A DNA stretch of 55,982 nt from a virus (taxonomy: Duplodnaviria > Caudoviricetes), in the IMG/VR virus record IMGVR_UViG_3300046467_002171, positions 1 to 55,982 of that record. One strand, given 5' to 3'. A model generated the notes under the pieces. It worked only from the letters and a program-made list of their open reading frames with translations, searched no databases and had not been told where the DNA came from. Made by a program: the position numbers and the translations under genes. This document shows positions 1 to 8,807 of this stretch, one piece after another. Position 1 is the first letter of the stretch; the number at the start of each line of letters is the position of its first letter.

Positions 1-195
1 TGCACCTGGCACCTGCACCTGGCCGGTGCCACCTGGCACCTGCACCTGCACCTGCACCTGGCCGGTGGCACCTGGCACCTGCACCTGCACCTGCACCTGG
101 CCGGTGCCACCTGGCACCTGCACCTGGCCGGTGGCACCTGGCCGGTGGCACCGGATCCGCGTCGCGTTTCGCTCGGACCGCGCACCGGGTCGCGT
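1..195 (+). repeat. Left copy of terminal overlap, including GCACCT/GGCACCT/GGCCGGTGSCACCT satellite (1-152)
   Basis: Matches 55827-55982 except for 39 extra bp of repeat units; the unique tail GGATCCGCGTCGCG...GGGTCGCGT is identical. Confidence 0.9.
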
Positions 196-339
196 CCTTT
201 TCGATTCAGGGTCCCTTCTAAAGCGAGTCAAGTTCCGCGCGTAACTGACTGATTTTCAAGGCTTTTCCCCCACGGCCACCCCCACCGTGCCCTCCGTGCA
301 CAAGGTGCAAGTTTCTGACAAATGTTACATAAGAATGTG

Positions 340-348
340 TGGTAGAAT
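340..348 (+). promoter_or_regulatory. Possible extended -10 promoter (TGgTAGAAT) upstream of the late/packaging operon
   Basis: TGnTAGAAT match, followed by TCCCATA at 354-360. Confidence 0.35.
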
Positions 349-563
349 TACTCTCCCATAGAACCCTATAAACGCAGATAGCCCGTGATCCGTGGCTCGT
401 GAGGCCTTTACCAGGAGCATTTTCAAGCAGTTATCTTGGTTCCTGGAGGAGAGATTGCGGGGATTAAATTTTTTTTATTTTTTTTTCTTATGGCGGGTTA
501 TGATGGCAGGGGGGAGTGGTTTCGGAATTCCGTTACCATTAATACCTTAGAAGGAGATCAAAT

Positions 564-1037
564 ATGGCTGATTCTGAGAACAGTGCTACGAATAGGAGTG
601 CTCATCGGAGGATGATACAGAGAGTCAAAGACACTCCCAAAAGAGACTTGGATGCGGAAGCAGACGCATACGCAAAAGAGCATCCGATTAAGAGTTTTTT
701 TAGACTCTCTAAAGATTACGACCCTGAAACAGGTTTCAGGACCGGTTCGCGCCAGGACCGGCTCGCAAAGCAAATAAAAGTTGCTGACCCTGATCCAAGG
801 ACGCAAAGGCGGAAGCTCCAAGAATTTAAGACGCGTCTGTTGGAACATCACGGGCAGAAAACAGCTGAAAAACGTACGACAGAGGAAGGTCAAAGAAGGA
901 ATAAAAGAGCACAAAGACTAGCAGCAAAACCAAAAGGTATGAAGGAAGGCGGAATGGTCAAAAAGACAAGGATGCGGAAGAAATCCATTGACGGTATTGC
1001 ACGTAGAGGAAAGACCCGAGCAACGCGTCCTTGGTAA
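564..1037 (+). CDS. Small basic protein with MKEGGMV motif
   Basis: AAGGAG RBS; K/R-rich; C-terminal DGIARRGKT. Confidence 0.7.
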   Translation: MADSENSATNRSAHRRMIQRVKDTPKRDLDAEADAYAKEHPIKSFFRLSKDYDPETGFRTGSRQDRLAKQIKVADPDPRTQRRKLQEFKTRLLEHHGQKTAEKRTTEEGQRRNKRAQRLAAKPKGMKEGGMVKKTRMRKKSIDGIARRGKTRATRPW

Positions 1038-1071
1038 GGCGGGTCACAATGAGCGCAAAGGGGCCTATAAA

Positions 1072-1437
1072 ATGAGGATCGAATTGCCTTTGGCTCCGAG
1101 TCAAAAAGAATTGCAGGAGCTGCACTGGGCAAGACGCGAAAAGCTGAAAAAAGAATTTGCGTGGTTGATCGTACAGGCGGTGGGCAATCGGAGTTCTGTT
1201 TTAAACGGGGTACACATTACGATCACGCTAAAGACGTACGGTGCGGAGCTAGATTCCGACAAGTTAGCGGCTCCTGCTAAATTAATTTTAGACGCGCTTC
1301 AACGGGCAGGAATCATCAAAGACGACGATTCTAAACGTATATCGGTGACGATATGTTGGGAGCAAGCTAAGAAAGAGAAAGAACAAAGGGTCCTCGTTGA
1401 GATTAAAAAATGGGATCTGGAGAAGTTATCGAAATGA
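1072..1437 (+). CDS. rusA: RusA-like Holliday junction resolvase
   Basis: DSDK...KLILDALQRAGIIKDDD pattern; start trimmed to ATG 1072. Confidence 0.7.
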   Translation: MRIELPLAPSQKELQELHWARREKLKKEFAWLIVQAVGNRSSVLNGVHITITLKTYGAELDSDKLAAPAKLILDALQRAGIIKDDDSKRISVTICWEQAKKEKEQRVLVEIKKWDLEKLSK

Positions 1438-1700
1438 GTATCCGCGCTTGGGCTAATCCATGGGAAGACGAGGTCTTATTTGCGGCCGGTTTTGAGAAGG
1501 CCATTTTAGGAGTGGCAAGAAAGGCCGGTCACCCAGAAGTAGTGGCCTATGACTATGAAAAATGCGTACAGGTTCTGATAGATCGGGACGACATGACCGA
1601 AGAAGAGGCTCTCGAATATCTGGAATTCAATGTCGTAGGAGCTATTGTCGGAGAGGGGGCCCCTATATTCATTGAGCCCCATGATTTTGGGCCCCTATAA
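1434..1700 (+). CDS. Conserved phage hypothetical protein
   Basis: ATGA overlap with upstream stop; GFEKAILG...AYDY...EEALEYLEFNVVGA resembles a common small phage family. Confidence 0.7.
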   Translation: MSIRAWANPWEDEVLFAAGFEKAILGVARKAGHPEVVAYDYEKCVQVLIDRDDMTEEEALEYLEFNVVGAIVGEGAPIFIEPHDFGPL

Positions 1701-1756
1701 ATGCGTAACGAAACACGGGCGCGTTTCCCGCAAAAAGAGATGTTCCACGTGGAACA

Positions 1757-3226
1757 ATGAATACATTACCGGTCGAATCTGTTGAAATTTCGGAAAAACG
1801 CCTGAAGCTAGAGCTTAGGCTTGAGAAGTTGAGGCAGCATGAGGTTTGCCGACAGGATTTTTTAACCTTCGTACGGGCCATGTGGCCGCAGTTCATTGTC
1901 GGAGAGCATCACCGTACCATCGCAGATAAGCTGGAGCGCATTGCTAAGGGCGAATTAAAGCGGCTTATTATCAATATGCCGCCCCGGCACACCAAGTCTG
2001 AATTTGCCAGTTTCCTGTTTCCCGCGTGGATGATCGGTCGCGATCCAGCCATGAAAATCATTCAGGCCACGCACACCACGGAACTGGCTATCGGTTTTGG
2101 CCGCAAGGTTAAGAACCTGTTGGAGCGCGAGGAATATACGGAAGTCTTTCCTGATACAAAATTATCTTATGATTCGAAGGCTTCGGGCCGTTGGGACACC
2201 AATAAGGGCGGCATGTACTATGCCGTGGGCGTCGGGTCGAACCTCGCGGGCCGTGGCGGAGATTTAATCATTATTGACGACCCGCATTCTGAGCAGACGG
2301 CGATGTCCAACACTGGGTTTGAGGATGCGTGGGACTGGTATACCGGTGGGCCGCGCCAGCGCTTGCAGCCCGGCGGAGCCATTGTTCTGGTGCAGACGCG
2401 CTGGTCAGAAAAGGACCTGACTGCGCAGCTTATCCGCGCACAGAGCAAGGACCACGGTGCAGATCAGTGGGAAATTGTGGAGCTTCCGGCCATTTTGCCT
2501 TCGGGTAACGCTTGCTGGCCGGAATACTGGCCGTTGCAGGATCTAGAGCGGGTCCGTGCGTCGATTCCGGTATACAAGTGGAACGCGCAGTATCAACAGC
2601 AACCCACCAGCGACGAGACTTCCATTTTGAAGAGGGAGTGGTGGAAAATATGGACCAAGGACCATGTGCCGCAATTGCAGTATGTCATACAGAGTTACGA
2701 CACGGCATTCAGCAAGCGGGAGACGGCGGACTTTTCCGCTATTACCACATGGGGGGTATTTTTTCCAGAAGAGGGGGGTCCGCCCAATTTAATTTTGCTG
2801 GACAGCAAAAAGGGCCGTTGGGATTTCCCAGATTTAAAAGAAGTTGCCTTGGAGCAATATAATTTTTGGGAACCGGAGACGGTTATTATTGAAGCGAAGG
2901 CGAGTGGCCTTCCCTTGACGCAGGAACTAAGAAACGTAGGCATTCCCGTGGTCAACTTCACACCCAGTAAAGGGAATGATAAGCTGGCTCGGGCTCATGC
3001 CATTTCGCCGTTATTCGAAAGCGGCATGGTGTGGGCACCAGAAGAAAGCTGGGCGGAAGAACTCATGGAGGAGTGTGCCGCTTTTCCTAATGGGGAATAC
3101 GATGACTTGGTGGACAGTATGACGCAAGCACTGATGCGGTATCGTCAAGGCAATTTTATTCAGCTACCCACGGATGACTGGGAAGATGATCCGAGTACGG
3201 TAAAACCTATGGTCTATTACGGCTAA
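1757..3226 (+). CDS. terL: Terminase large subunit
   Basis: Walker A-like MPPRHTKS, Walker B IIIDDPH, coupling motif QTRW, nuclease motifs SYDTA and DDLVDS. Confidence 0.95.
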   Translation: MNTLPVESVEISEKRLKLELRLEKLRQHEVCRQDFLTFVRAMWPQFIVGEHHRTIADKLERIAKGELKRLIINMPPRHTKSEFASFLFPAWMIGRDPAMKIIQATHTTELAIGFGRKVKNLLEREEYTEVFPDTKLSYDSKASGRWDTNKGGMYYAVGVGSNLAGRGGDLIIIDDPHSEQTAMSNTGFEDAWDWYTGGPRQRLQPGGAIVLVQTRWSEKDLTAQLIRAQSKDHGADQWEIVELPAILPSGNACWPEYWPLQDLERVRASIPVYKWNAQYQQQPTSDETSILKREWWKIWTKDHVPQLQYVIQSYDTAFSKRETADFSAITTWGVFFPEEGGPPNLILLDSKKGRWDFPDLKEVALEQYNFWEPETVIIEAKASGLPLTQELRNVGIPVVNFTPSKGNDKLARAHAISPLFESGMVWAPEESWAEELMEECAAFPNGEYDDLVDSMTQALMRYRQGNFIQLPTDDWEDDPSTVKPMVYYG

Positions 3227-3230
3227 TATC

Positions 3231-6200
3231 ATGATTGGCGGCATAGCCCAAGCGTTACGCGACGGTACTTATAAGCCTATTTTCTCTGCTGAGCAGCAAG
3301 CAAGCATGGATGCTCGCAATGCGCACAACGCGGCGGCTGCAAAGGCACTCGCAGAAGCGCCCGCACTTGCAGCACAGCGCAGACGAGACGAAATCGCAGC
3401 GAACCAAGCGTTTTTGGATTCTGGAGGGGCAGATATACCAGACAATTACTGGGGCGATACTGCGGCTTCGAGGAATTGGGTGAATCCTTACTACGATCCT
3501 GAAGATCCGCGAGTAACCAATCCAACCCAGTATACTCGCTTCGACGTATCGGAACGGGGCAGCGGCATCCGGGCTAGCGGTAACAGCCTTGCGACAGCCT
3601 TTGATCGCACCATCGCATCGCAATGGTTGCAGCCATTAGACAGTGGCCTCACCGATGTGCAAGAGCATCTCTATGGCGGCGGTGCGGGTGCTTTCACACC
3701 TCCTGCGTATGCAATAGGCAACCTAGACCCGCGTCAGCAAGCGATCATAAATCAAAATAAAGAACTCGCTCAATACAAAACAACCCTGCGCGGCTTTCAA
3801 AACGACAAGGATTATCAAACGGCCTTCCAGGGGGCGGGTATTAACTTAGCGGGGATCAAGAACGCAGAAGATTTAGCCGCTATTTCTCCAGATAGAAAAG
3901 CTGCTGTTTATGACATCTACCAGCGTATTAAACAAGAGAAAAACCAACGCGAGAAGCCTTTTGGCTTTGGCGATGCCCTTGGAATCGGGCTAGCCGTCGC
4001 ATCGGCTTTTGTCGGCAACCCCTATGCTGCCGCCGCTTTAGGAGCCGGGGGTGCTGCGGCTCGTGGGGGTAACCTCAAAGATATTGCCCTAGCCGGGGGT
4101 ATTGCTGGATTCGCCAATTTTGCGGGGGGCAAACTTGGCGAGGCTTGGGATGCATCCCGAGCAGGTCGAGCAGCCCAAGCAGGTCAAAGCGCAGCGACCG
4201 CATCCAATGTAGCGGCGTTCGGTGGAACCGCAGCCGATGTATTTGGTCAGATTTCACCGGATTTAGCCGTTCGAGGGTTAGGTGGCACGGGGATCACTGC
4301 GGGCAACTTAGGATCTACTATTTTCAACCCAGCAGCGTTGGGGGGTATTCAAGGAGCGACGGCCCTTGGGACAGGTGCCGCACTTGGTGGCACCGCAACC
4401 AATGTATTTGGCGCTCTTCCCGCTACCGGTTCCCAAGTGTTGTCAGGAATCCCCTCCGCAATCGGAAGCCGCCACGGTGTCTCGTCCAGCATAACGCAAG
4501 GGGGCCGCTTGGTGCCCTTTTTGGATAAGAGCGCAAGCGCCGCCTCGCGCCCTCTTACAGGGGCCGGGGCACTTGTCCCATCCTCAGCAGGGGTCGGTAG
4601 ACAACTAGTACATTCTGGGCTTTCGTCGGTAGTAAACTCGATACGAGCGCCATCTGAAGGCGGTGGCGACGACGGCGGTATTGGTGGACTTGTAAATCAG
4701 TTATCTAGCGTTCCGACCATAACTTACCCGGACTATGCCCCGATAAGATCAGGGGCTCCGATACAGGCTGGTTTTGAACGGACTTCAAATATTGGTGTGC
4801 CGTCGGAATACGGCTATGTACCGACCGGACTAACCCCAGAGACTGCGCTTCCTTATGGCTCTGGCCTTGATCCGTATGCCCCGACAACGGGGCCGAATTT
4901 TGACGTATCGCCGTATTTTCAGAGTCCAAAGTTATTTCGTAGGGGCGGTGGTGTAGTAAACGTGGACTCTGGTGCACGGCCCACGGATCAGGAAAGTTTT
5001 TACCAAACATACGAATCGGGGTCGCAGCAGTATTCAGACAATCTTGGCGAAGGCATGGGTATTACTTATGATCGTGTAGAAGGCACCGATATTCCGCCAC
5101 AAAGTCGTCTTCAGGTTTTTGAGACGCCGCCTATGGGCGTTGGGTCGTTAAACGGCACGGCGCGGAACATGTCCCGTTTTGCGTATGGCGGGGGCGTAGG
5201 TTCGTTGAACGAGACGGCACGGGCCATACCTTATGCAGACGGCGGCATTGTTCCTGCTGATATGGTATGGGTTTTGGACGAGGACGGCGTGGAAAGGCTT
5301 TATCCGAAAAGCCTAGTTAAAAGGGAGTATAGCGACGAACCGTTGCCTGTAGAGGGGGATTTTATGGCAAACCTACAGGGGATCCCAGAAACCGTGGAAC
5401 GTTATTCAAGACCGAACGCTAGAGAAGAGAGGCAATTTGACGATTGGCAGGATAACAGAAGCGGCCTACACCCAACGGCTAGTTTAACAAGCCTAAATAT
5501 AGGTACAGATAACTGGGGAGTGGGGGGCAGGTTTGGTATTGGTGCGGGTGCTAATACAATTGACGTTGGGGCAAATATAGATCGCACCGGAGTTAATCTT
5601 AGTGATTTGAAAGCGAGGCTTGGATTGGGTGGCGTGTCGTCCGACCTGAGTCTTTTAGGACCTTTATTAGACCCCGATCGTTTCGAGGGGGCGTTAAACG
5701 CTCCAGTGGGTCAGGGTAGGGTGGCGCTAACGGGGGGCTTACCTTTGAAAGATTCCGGTGAGCCTAACGTAGCTTTGACGTATAGGCAGGAGTTTGCTGT
5801 AGGCGGTCCCATTATAAAAGCGGCTTCTATGGTATGGCAGCCCTTTAAGGTGAAGATAAAAAACCAAGCCATTTTTGGGGACTTCATGGGTTATACCAAG
5901 ACGGGCAAAGTCAGGGTTTTGGACGAGGAATCGGGGGTGGAAAAACTTTATCCGAAGAGTCGGGTAAGACGGGCCTATAGCGACGAACCCTTACCGGACG
6001 AGCCTGTAAAAAAGGTCCTTGGCGGGGCCATCGTCGGCGGTCCTGCGGTTCTAAAAACCGCGGCTGAGTTGTTAAAAAGAGATCCCGCAGGATTCTTTAA
6101 CAAGTCACAGCTTGTCGTACAGGAGGCGAAGTTGCCTCAAGCAACGGGACAGCGGTGGCAACAGTTATTCCAAGATAAGGGGATCAACAAAGCCGAACTG

Positions 6201-8777
6201 GGCGGCCTTGGTCTTTTGACCTTTTTGGGTTCGTCGGGAGACGAGCCGATCACCAAGGAAACTGTCGCGGAGTTTATCGATCAGAACCGTCTTGAGGTGG
6301 GAGAAGACTACAGGAGCACAACCCCGTCCGCTGACGCGGAGGAAAAAATTGACTTGGTACCGACGGATTCCAACATGTTTCGTAATTTAAATCTTTCGTG
6401 GCCCGACGCCGAGGGAGAGGATACGAGTAGCGGTGGGTTTTCTATAGTTATTAGGCCTAAAGAGTATCGCTTCGGAGAATTGGGGCTAGTACGTCCTACG
6501 CAATATAGAGTTATCAATCTAGACCCCGAAAATGGAGTTGATTCACGCCAGTGGAGAGTTGCGACAGATGATTTTGACTCGCAGAACGCGGACTACTATA
6601 GTGAGCTTGAAGGGCAGCATACCGACTACGACGGCACCCTGAACGAACTTAAAGTCAGCCTTACGAGTAGATTAAGGGATCAGGGCGTAATACAGACCTC
6701 TAAAGCGCCACGGTGGGCGGGTTTTATTCTTAGCTCCCCTGCGGTGGATCGTGAAACAGAGCTTCCTGACTCACAGGCCGCCGCTGAGTTATTAAATTAC
6801 AGGGAAATTGCCCTTACGGATCAACAAACGGGCGGACTCCACAAAAATACGCGGGCGCTTATTAACAAGCTCTCTGAACAAGCTTCTATGGCCGCCTTTA
6901 AACCAATTACTGAGTCGCAAACACAACCCCGCCAACACAACTTTCCCGAAAATACACTCGTGCATATTCGGGTAACAGATCGGCCCATCAGTATTAATGG
7001 CGTAGACCACGAGAAGGTCCTTTATGCAGAGGAATTTCAGTCTGACTGGGCACAAGGAGCCATAGGTAGGGGAATACTTCGACCGGAAGATATTTCTCGA
7101 AAGGCAGAATTAATAAACAAATTAAGCGAGATCCGCGTTAACTATAGCACCCTTCCAGATTTCGACACCCCAGAAGGCAAAACCCTCCGAAGAATCGCCG
7201 GACGAGAATCAAGCGAAATAGAAAAGGAGATAGAGGCGCTAGACCGAAAACCGGCGTATTCCCCCTTTCTGGAAAGCGGCGATAAAAAAGGAAGTGTGGA
7301 CCAATCTCCGGTACTTAGTTTAGCTATTAGCCGGTTATTGAAGGAAGCCGTGGACAACGGGCAGGACTACGTGGTCTTTTCTAATTATAAGGATCAGGTA
7401 ACAAGATGGGGCGAGACAAAGCTGGAACCCCTTTACCAAGAAACCATGCCAAATCTGGCAAAGAAAATAGTTAAGAATCTAGGCGGTTATGTGAAGCCTA
7501 AGTTCAAGACGAAGGAAAAAGAAAACAAGTATTACGAACAGAATTCCGACAAAGTGGGTAAAGAAGAGGATGCTTTTTTTGCAGATACCGTGATTGAACC
7601 CCAGACGTTCGAAATATTTTTGGATCCACAAAAAGCTAAACTAGAGCCGCCTTATTCACACCTTAGTGCAAACCGCTTCGTGGTGCATATCACGGACGCG
7701 ATGGCGAAGAAAATACGGGAAGAGGGCCAGCCGGTATTGAGCAGGGCCGCAGGCGGTCCAATTATCAAAGGAGCCGCCAAGGTTTTAACCAAACCCAAAA
7801 AGGCCCCTTTACTCCCGGCTGAAACTCTGATGGCTACACGGCCCGTAGAGCCGTTGGCTACGACACGAACAGGCTACCGTGTGGTGAACGTAGATGATGC
7901 CGGTAATTTAGTTTCGCAAGCAGATGCTCGTGTAGTGTTGCCGCCAGAATTGGGCAGCCAACACAACGTGCCTATGTGGCTGACACTGGACGACCAATAT
8001 GCGGTAGAAAACTATTCGCATGGTTCATTTGAGCCGGGGGAACGGCGGCAGGTGTTGCTGACATATGATTTCAACGAAAAGGATATTCTGCAAGGCAATC
8101 TAACGGATGTAGAGACAGAGTTTAGTGTCGGTCGTGCCAAGCTGCGAGAGATGCGAGATTTGTACGGCGAACCAATATCCCCCATAGACGAGGCAAACCG
8201 GGATAGAACCGGCGCGTCAGCGGTCCCGGCTAGAACCGCTCGCGCATCATACGCCACTCCGCTATTTGACAATAGTGATCCACACGTAAGCGATACGCGG
8301 TTCAATGAGAATTTGCTGGTGTATCTAGACGAGCCTAACACACCTCAGATGCAGGAAAGGTTTGGCGAGGAGAAAGTCGAGCAGCGAAATGGATTCGAGG
8401 TGTTTCAAGGAGAGTTCGGGTCGTGGAGGTACGCTGTACGGGGGGACGATGAAAAGTTGGTGAGTGTTATTCAGGGCGTAGACTTGGACGATGGCAGTGT
8501 TGTATCCAACATGTACACGCGCCCGGATGCTCGTAACCAAGGATTCGCTAAACTCTTGTTCGAGAAGGTTGCTTCAGACAAGGATAATCTAGCTGTATCG
8601 CCTCATTTTTCGCAAAGCGGGGCCGGGTTTTTCGGTCAGCGGAAAAAAGACGGTAGTTCAGAAGGTTACGCCGCAGGCGGTGGCGTCAGTTCTCTTAATG
8701 GGATAGCGCGAAACATGACTCGTTACGCTTATGGCGGTGGGGTGGGGTCTATGAATGAAACCGCACGGTCAATGTAG
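3231..8777 (+). CDS. Large modular (polyvalent-type) virion-associated protein with GG-motif linkers; EExQSDW, ART-like and GNAT domains
   Basis: 1848-aa ORF between TerL and portal; seven x-x-x-GG motifs; GNAT motif TRPDARNQGFAKLL; YR...WLT...ETE. Confidence 0.75.
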   Translation: MIGGIAQALRDGTYKPIFSAEQQASMDARNAHNAAAAKALAEAPALAAQRRRDEIAANQAFLDSGGADIPDNYWGDTAASRNWVNPYYDPEDPRVTNPTQYTRFDVSERGSGIRASGNSLATAFDRTIASQWLQPLDSGLTDVQEHLYGGGAGAFTPPAYAIGNLDPRQQAIINQNKELAQYKTTLRGFQNDKDYQTAFQGAGINLAGIKNAEDLAAISPDRKAAVYDIYQRIKQEKNQREKPFGFGDALGIGLAVASAFVGNPYAAAALGAGGAAARGGNLKDIALAGGIAGFANFAGGKLGEAWDASRAGRAAQAGQSAATASNVAAFGGTAADVFGQISPDLAVRGLGGTGITAGNLGSTIFNPAALGGIQGATALGTGAALGGTATNVFGALPATGSQVLSGIPSAIGSRHGVSSSITQGGRLVPFLDKSASAASRPLTGAGALVPSSAGVGRQLVHSGLSSVVNSIRAPSEGGGDDGGIGGLVNQLSSVPTITYPDYAPIRSGAPIQAGFERTSNIGVPSEYGYVPTGLTPETALPYGSGLDPYAPTTGPNFDVSPYFQSPKLFRRGGGVVNVDSGARPTDQESFYQTYESGSQQYSDNLGEGMGITYDRVEGTDIPPQSRLQVFETPPMGVGSLNGTARNMSRFAYGGGVGSLNETARAIPYADGGIVPADMVWVLDEDGVERLYPKSLVKREYSDEPLPVEGDFMANLQGIPETVERYSRPNAREERQFDDWQDNRSGLHPTASLTSLNIGTDNWGVGGRFGIGAGANTIDVGANIDRTGVNLSDLKARLGLGGVSSDLSLLGPLLDPDRFEGALNAPVGQGRVALTGGLPLKDSGEPNVALTYRQEFAVGGPIIKAASMVWQPFKVKIKNQAIFGDFMGYTKTGKVRVLDEESGVEKLYPKSRVRRAYSDEPLPDEPVKKVLGGAIVGGPAVLKTAAELLKRDPAGFFNKSQLVVQEAKLPQATGQRWQQLFQDKGINKAELGGLGLLTFLGSSGDEPITKETVAEFIDQNRLEVGEDYRSTTPSADAEEKIDLVPTDSNMFRNLNLSWPDAEGEDTSSGGFSIVIRPKEYRFGELGLVRPTQYRVINLDPENGVDSRQWRVATDDFDSQNADYYSELEGQHTDYDGTLNELKVSLTSRLRDQGVIQTSKAPRWAGFILSSPAVDRETELPDSQAAAELLNYREIALTDQQTGGLHKNTRALINKLSEQASMAAFKPITESQTQPRQHNFPENTLVHIRVTDRPISINGVDHEKVLYAEEFQSDWAQGAIGRGILRPEDISRKAELINKLSEIRVNYSTLPDFDTPEGKTLRRIAGRESSEIEKEIEALDRKPAYSPFLESGDKKGSVDQSPVLSLAISRLLKEAVDNGQDYVVFSNYKDQVTRWGETKLEPLYQETMPNLAKKIVKNLGGYVKPKFKTKEKENKYYEQNSDKVGKEEDAFFADTVIEPQTFEIFLDPQKAKLEPPYSHLSANRFVVHITDAMAKKIREEGQPVLSRAAGGPIIKGAAKVLTKPKKAPLLPAETLMATRPVEPLATTRTGYRVVNVDDAGNLVSQADARVVLPPELGSQHNVPMWLTLDDQYAVENYSHGSFEPGERRQVLLTYDFNEKDILQGNLTDVETEFSVGRAKLREMRDLYGEPISPIDEANRDRTGASAVPARTARASYATPLFDNSDPHVSDTRFNENLLVYLDEPNTPQMQERFGEEKVEQRNGFEVFQGEFGSWRYAVRGDDEKLVSVIQGVDLDDGSVVSNMYTRPDARNQGFAKLLFEKVASDKDNLAVSPHFSQSGAGFFGQRKKDGSSEGYAAGGGVSSLNGIARNMTRYAYGGGVGSMNETARSM
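8191..8245. repeat. 55-bp pseudoknot-forming element, copy A (inside the large ORF)
   Basis: 49/55 identical to 47452-47506. Confidence 0.85.
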
Positions 8778-8807
8778 GTATAATGCTTAAAAAGCAGGAC
8801 ATAAAAC

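Noticed and set aside
1-195. CRISPR array in the terminal repeats
   Set aside because: Units are 6-14 bp and contiguous with no unique spacers; no cas genes
26-244. ORF 26..244 and minus-strand ORFs at 55457-55972
   Set aside because: Stop-free translations of the satellite; no RBS; low complexity
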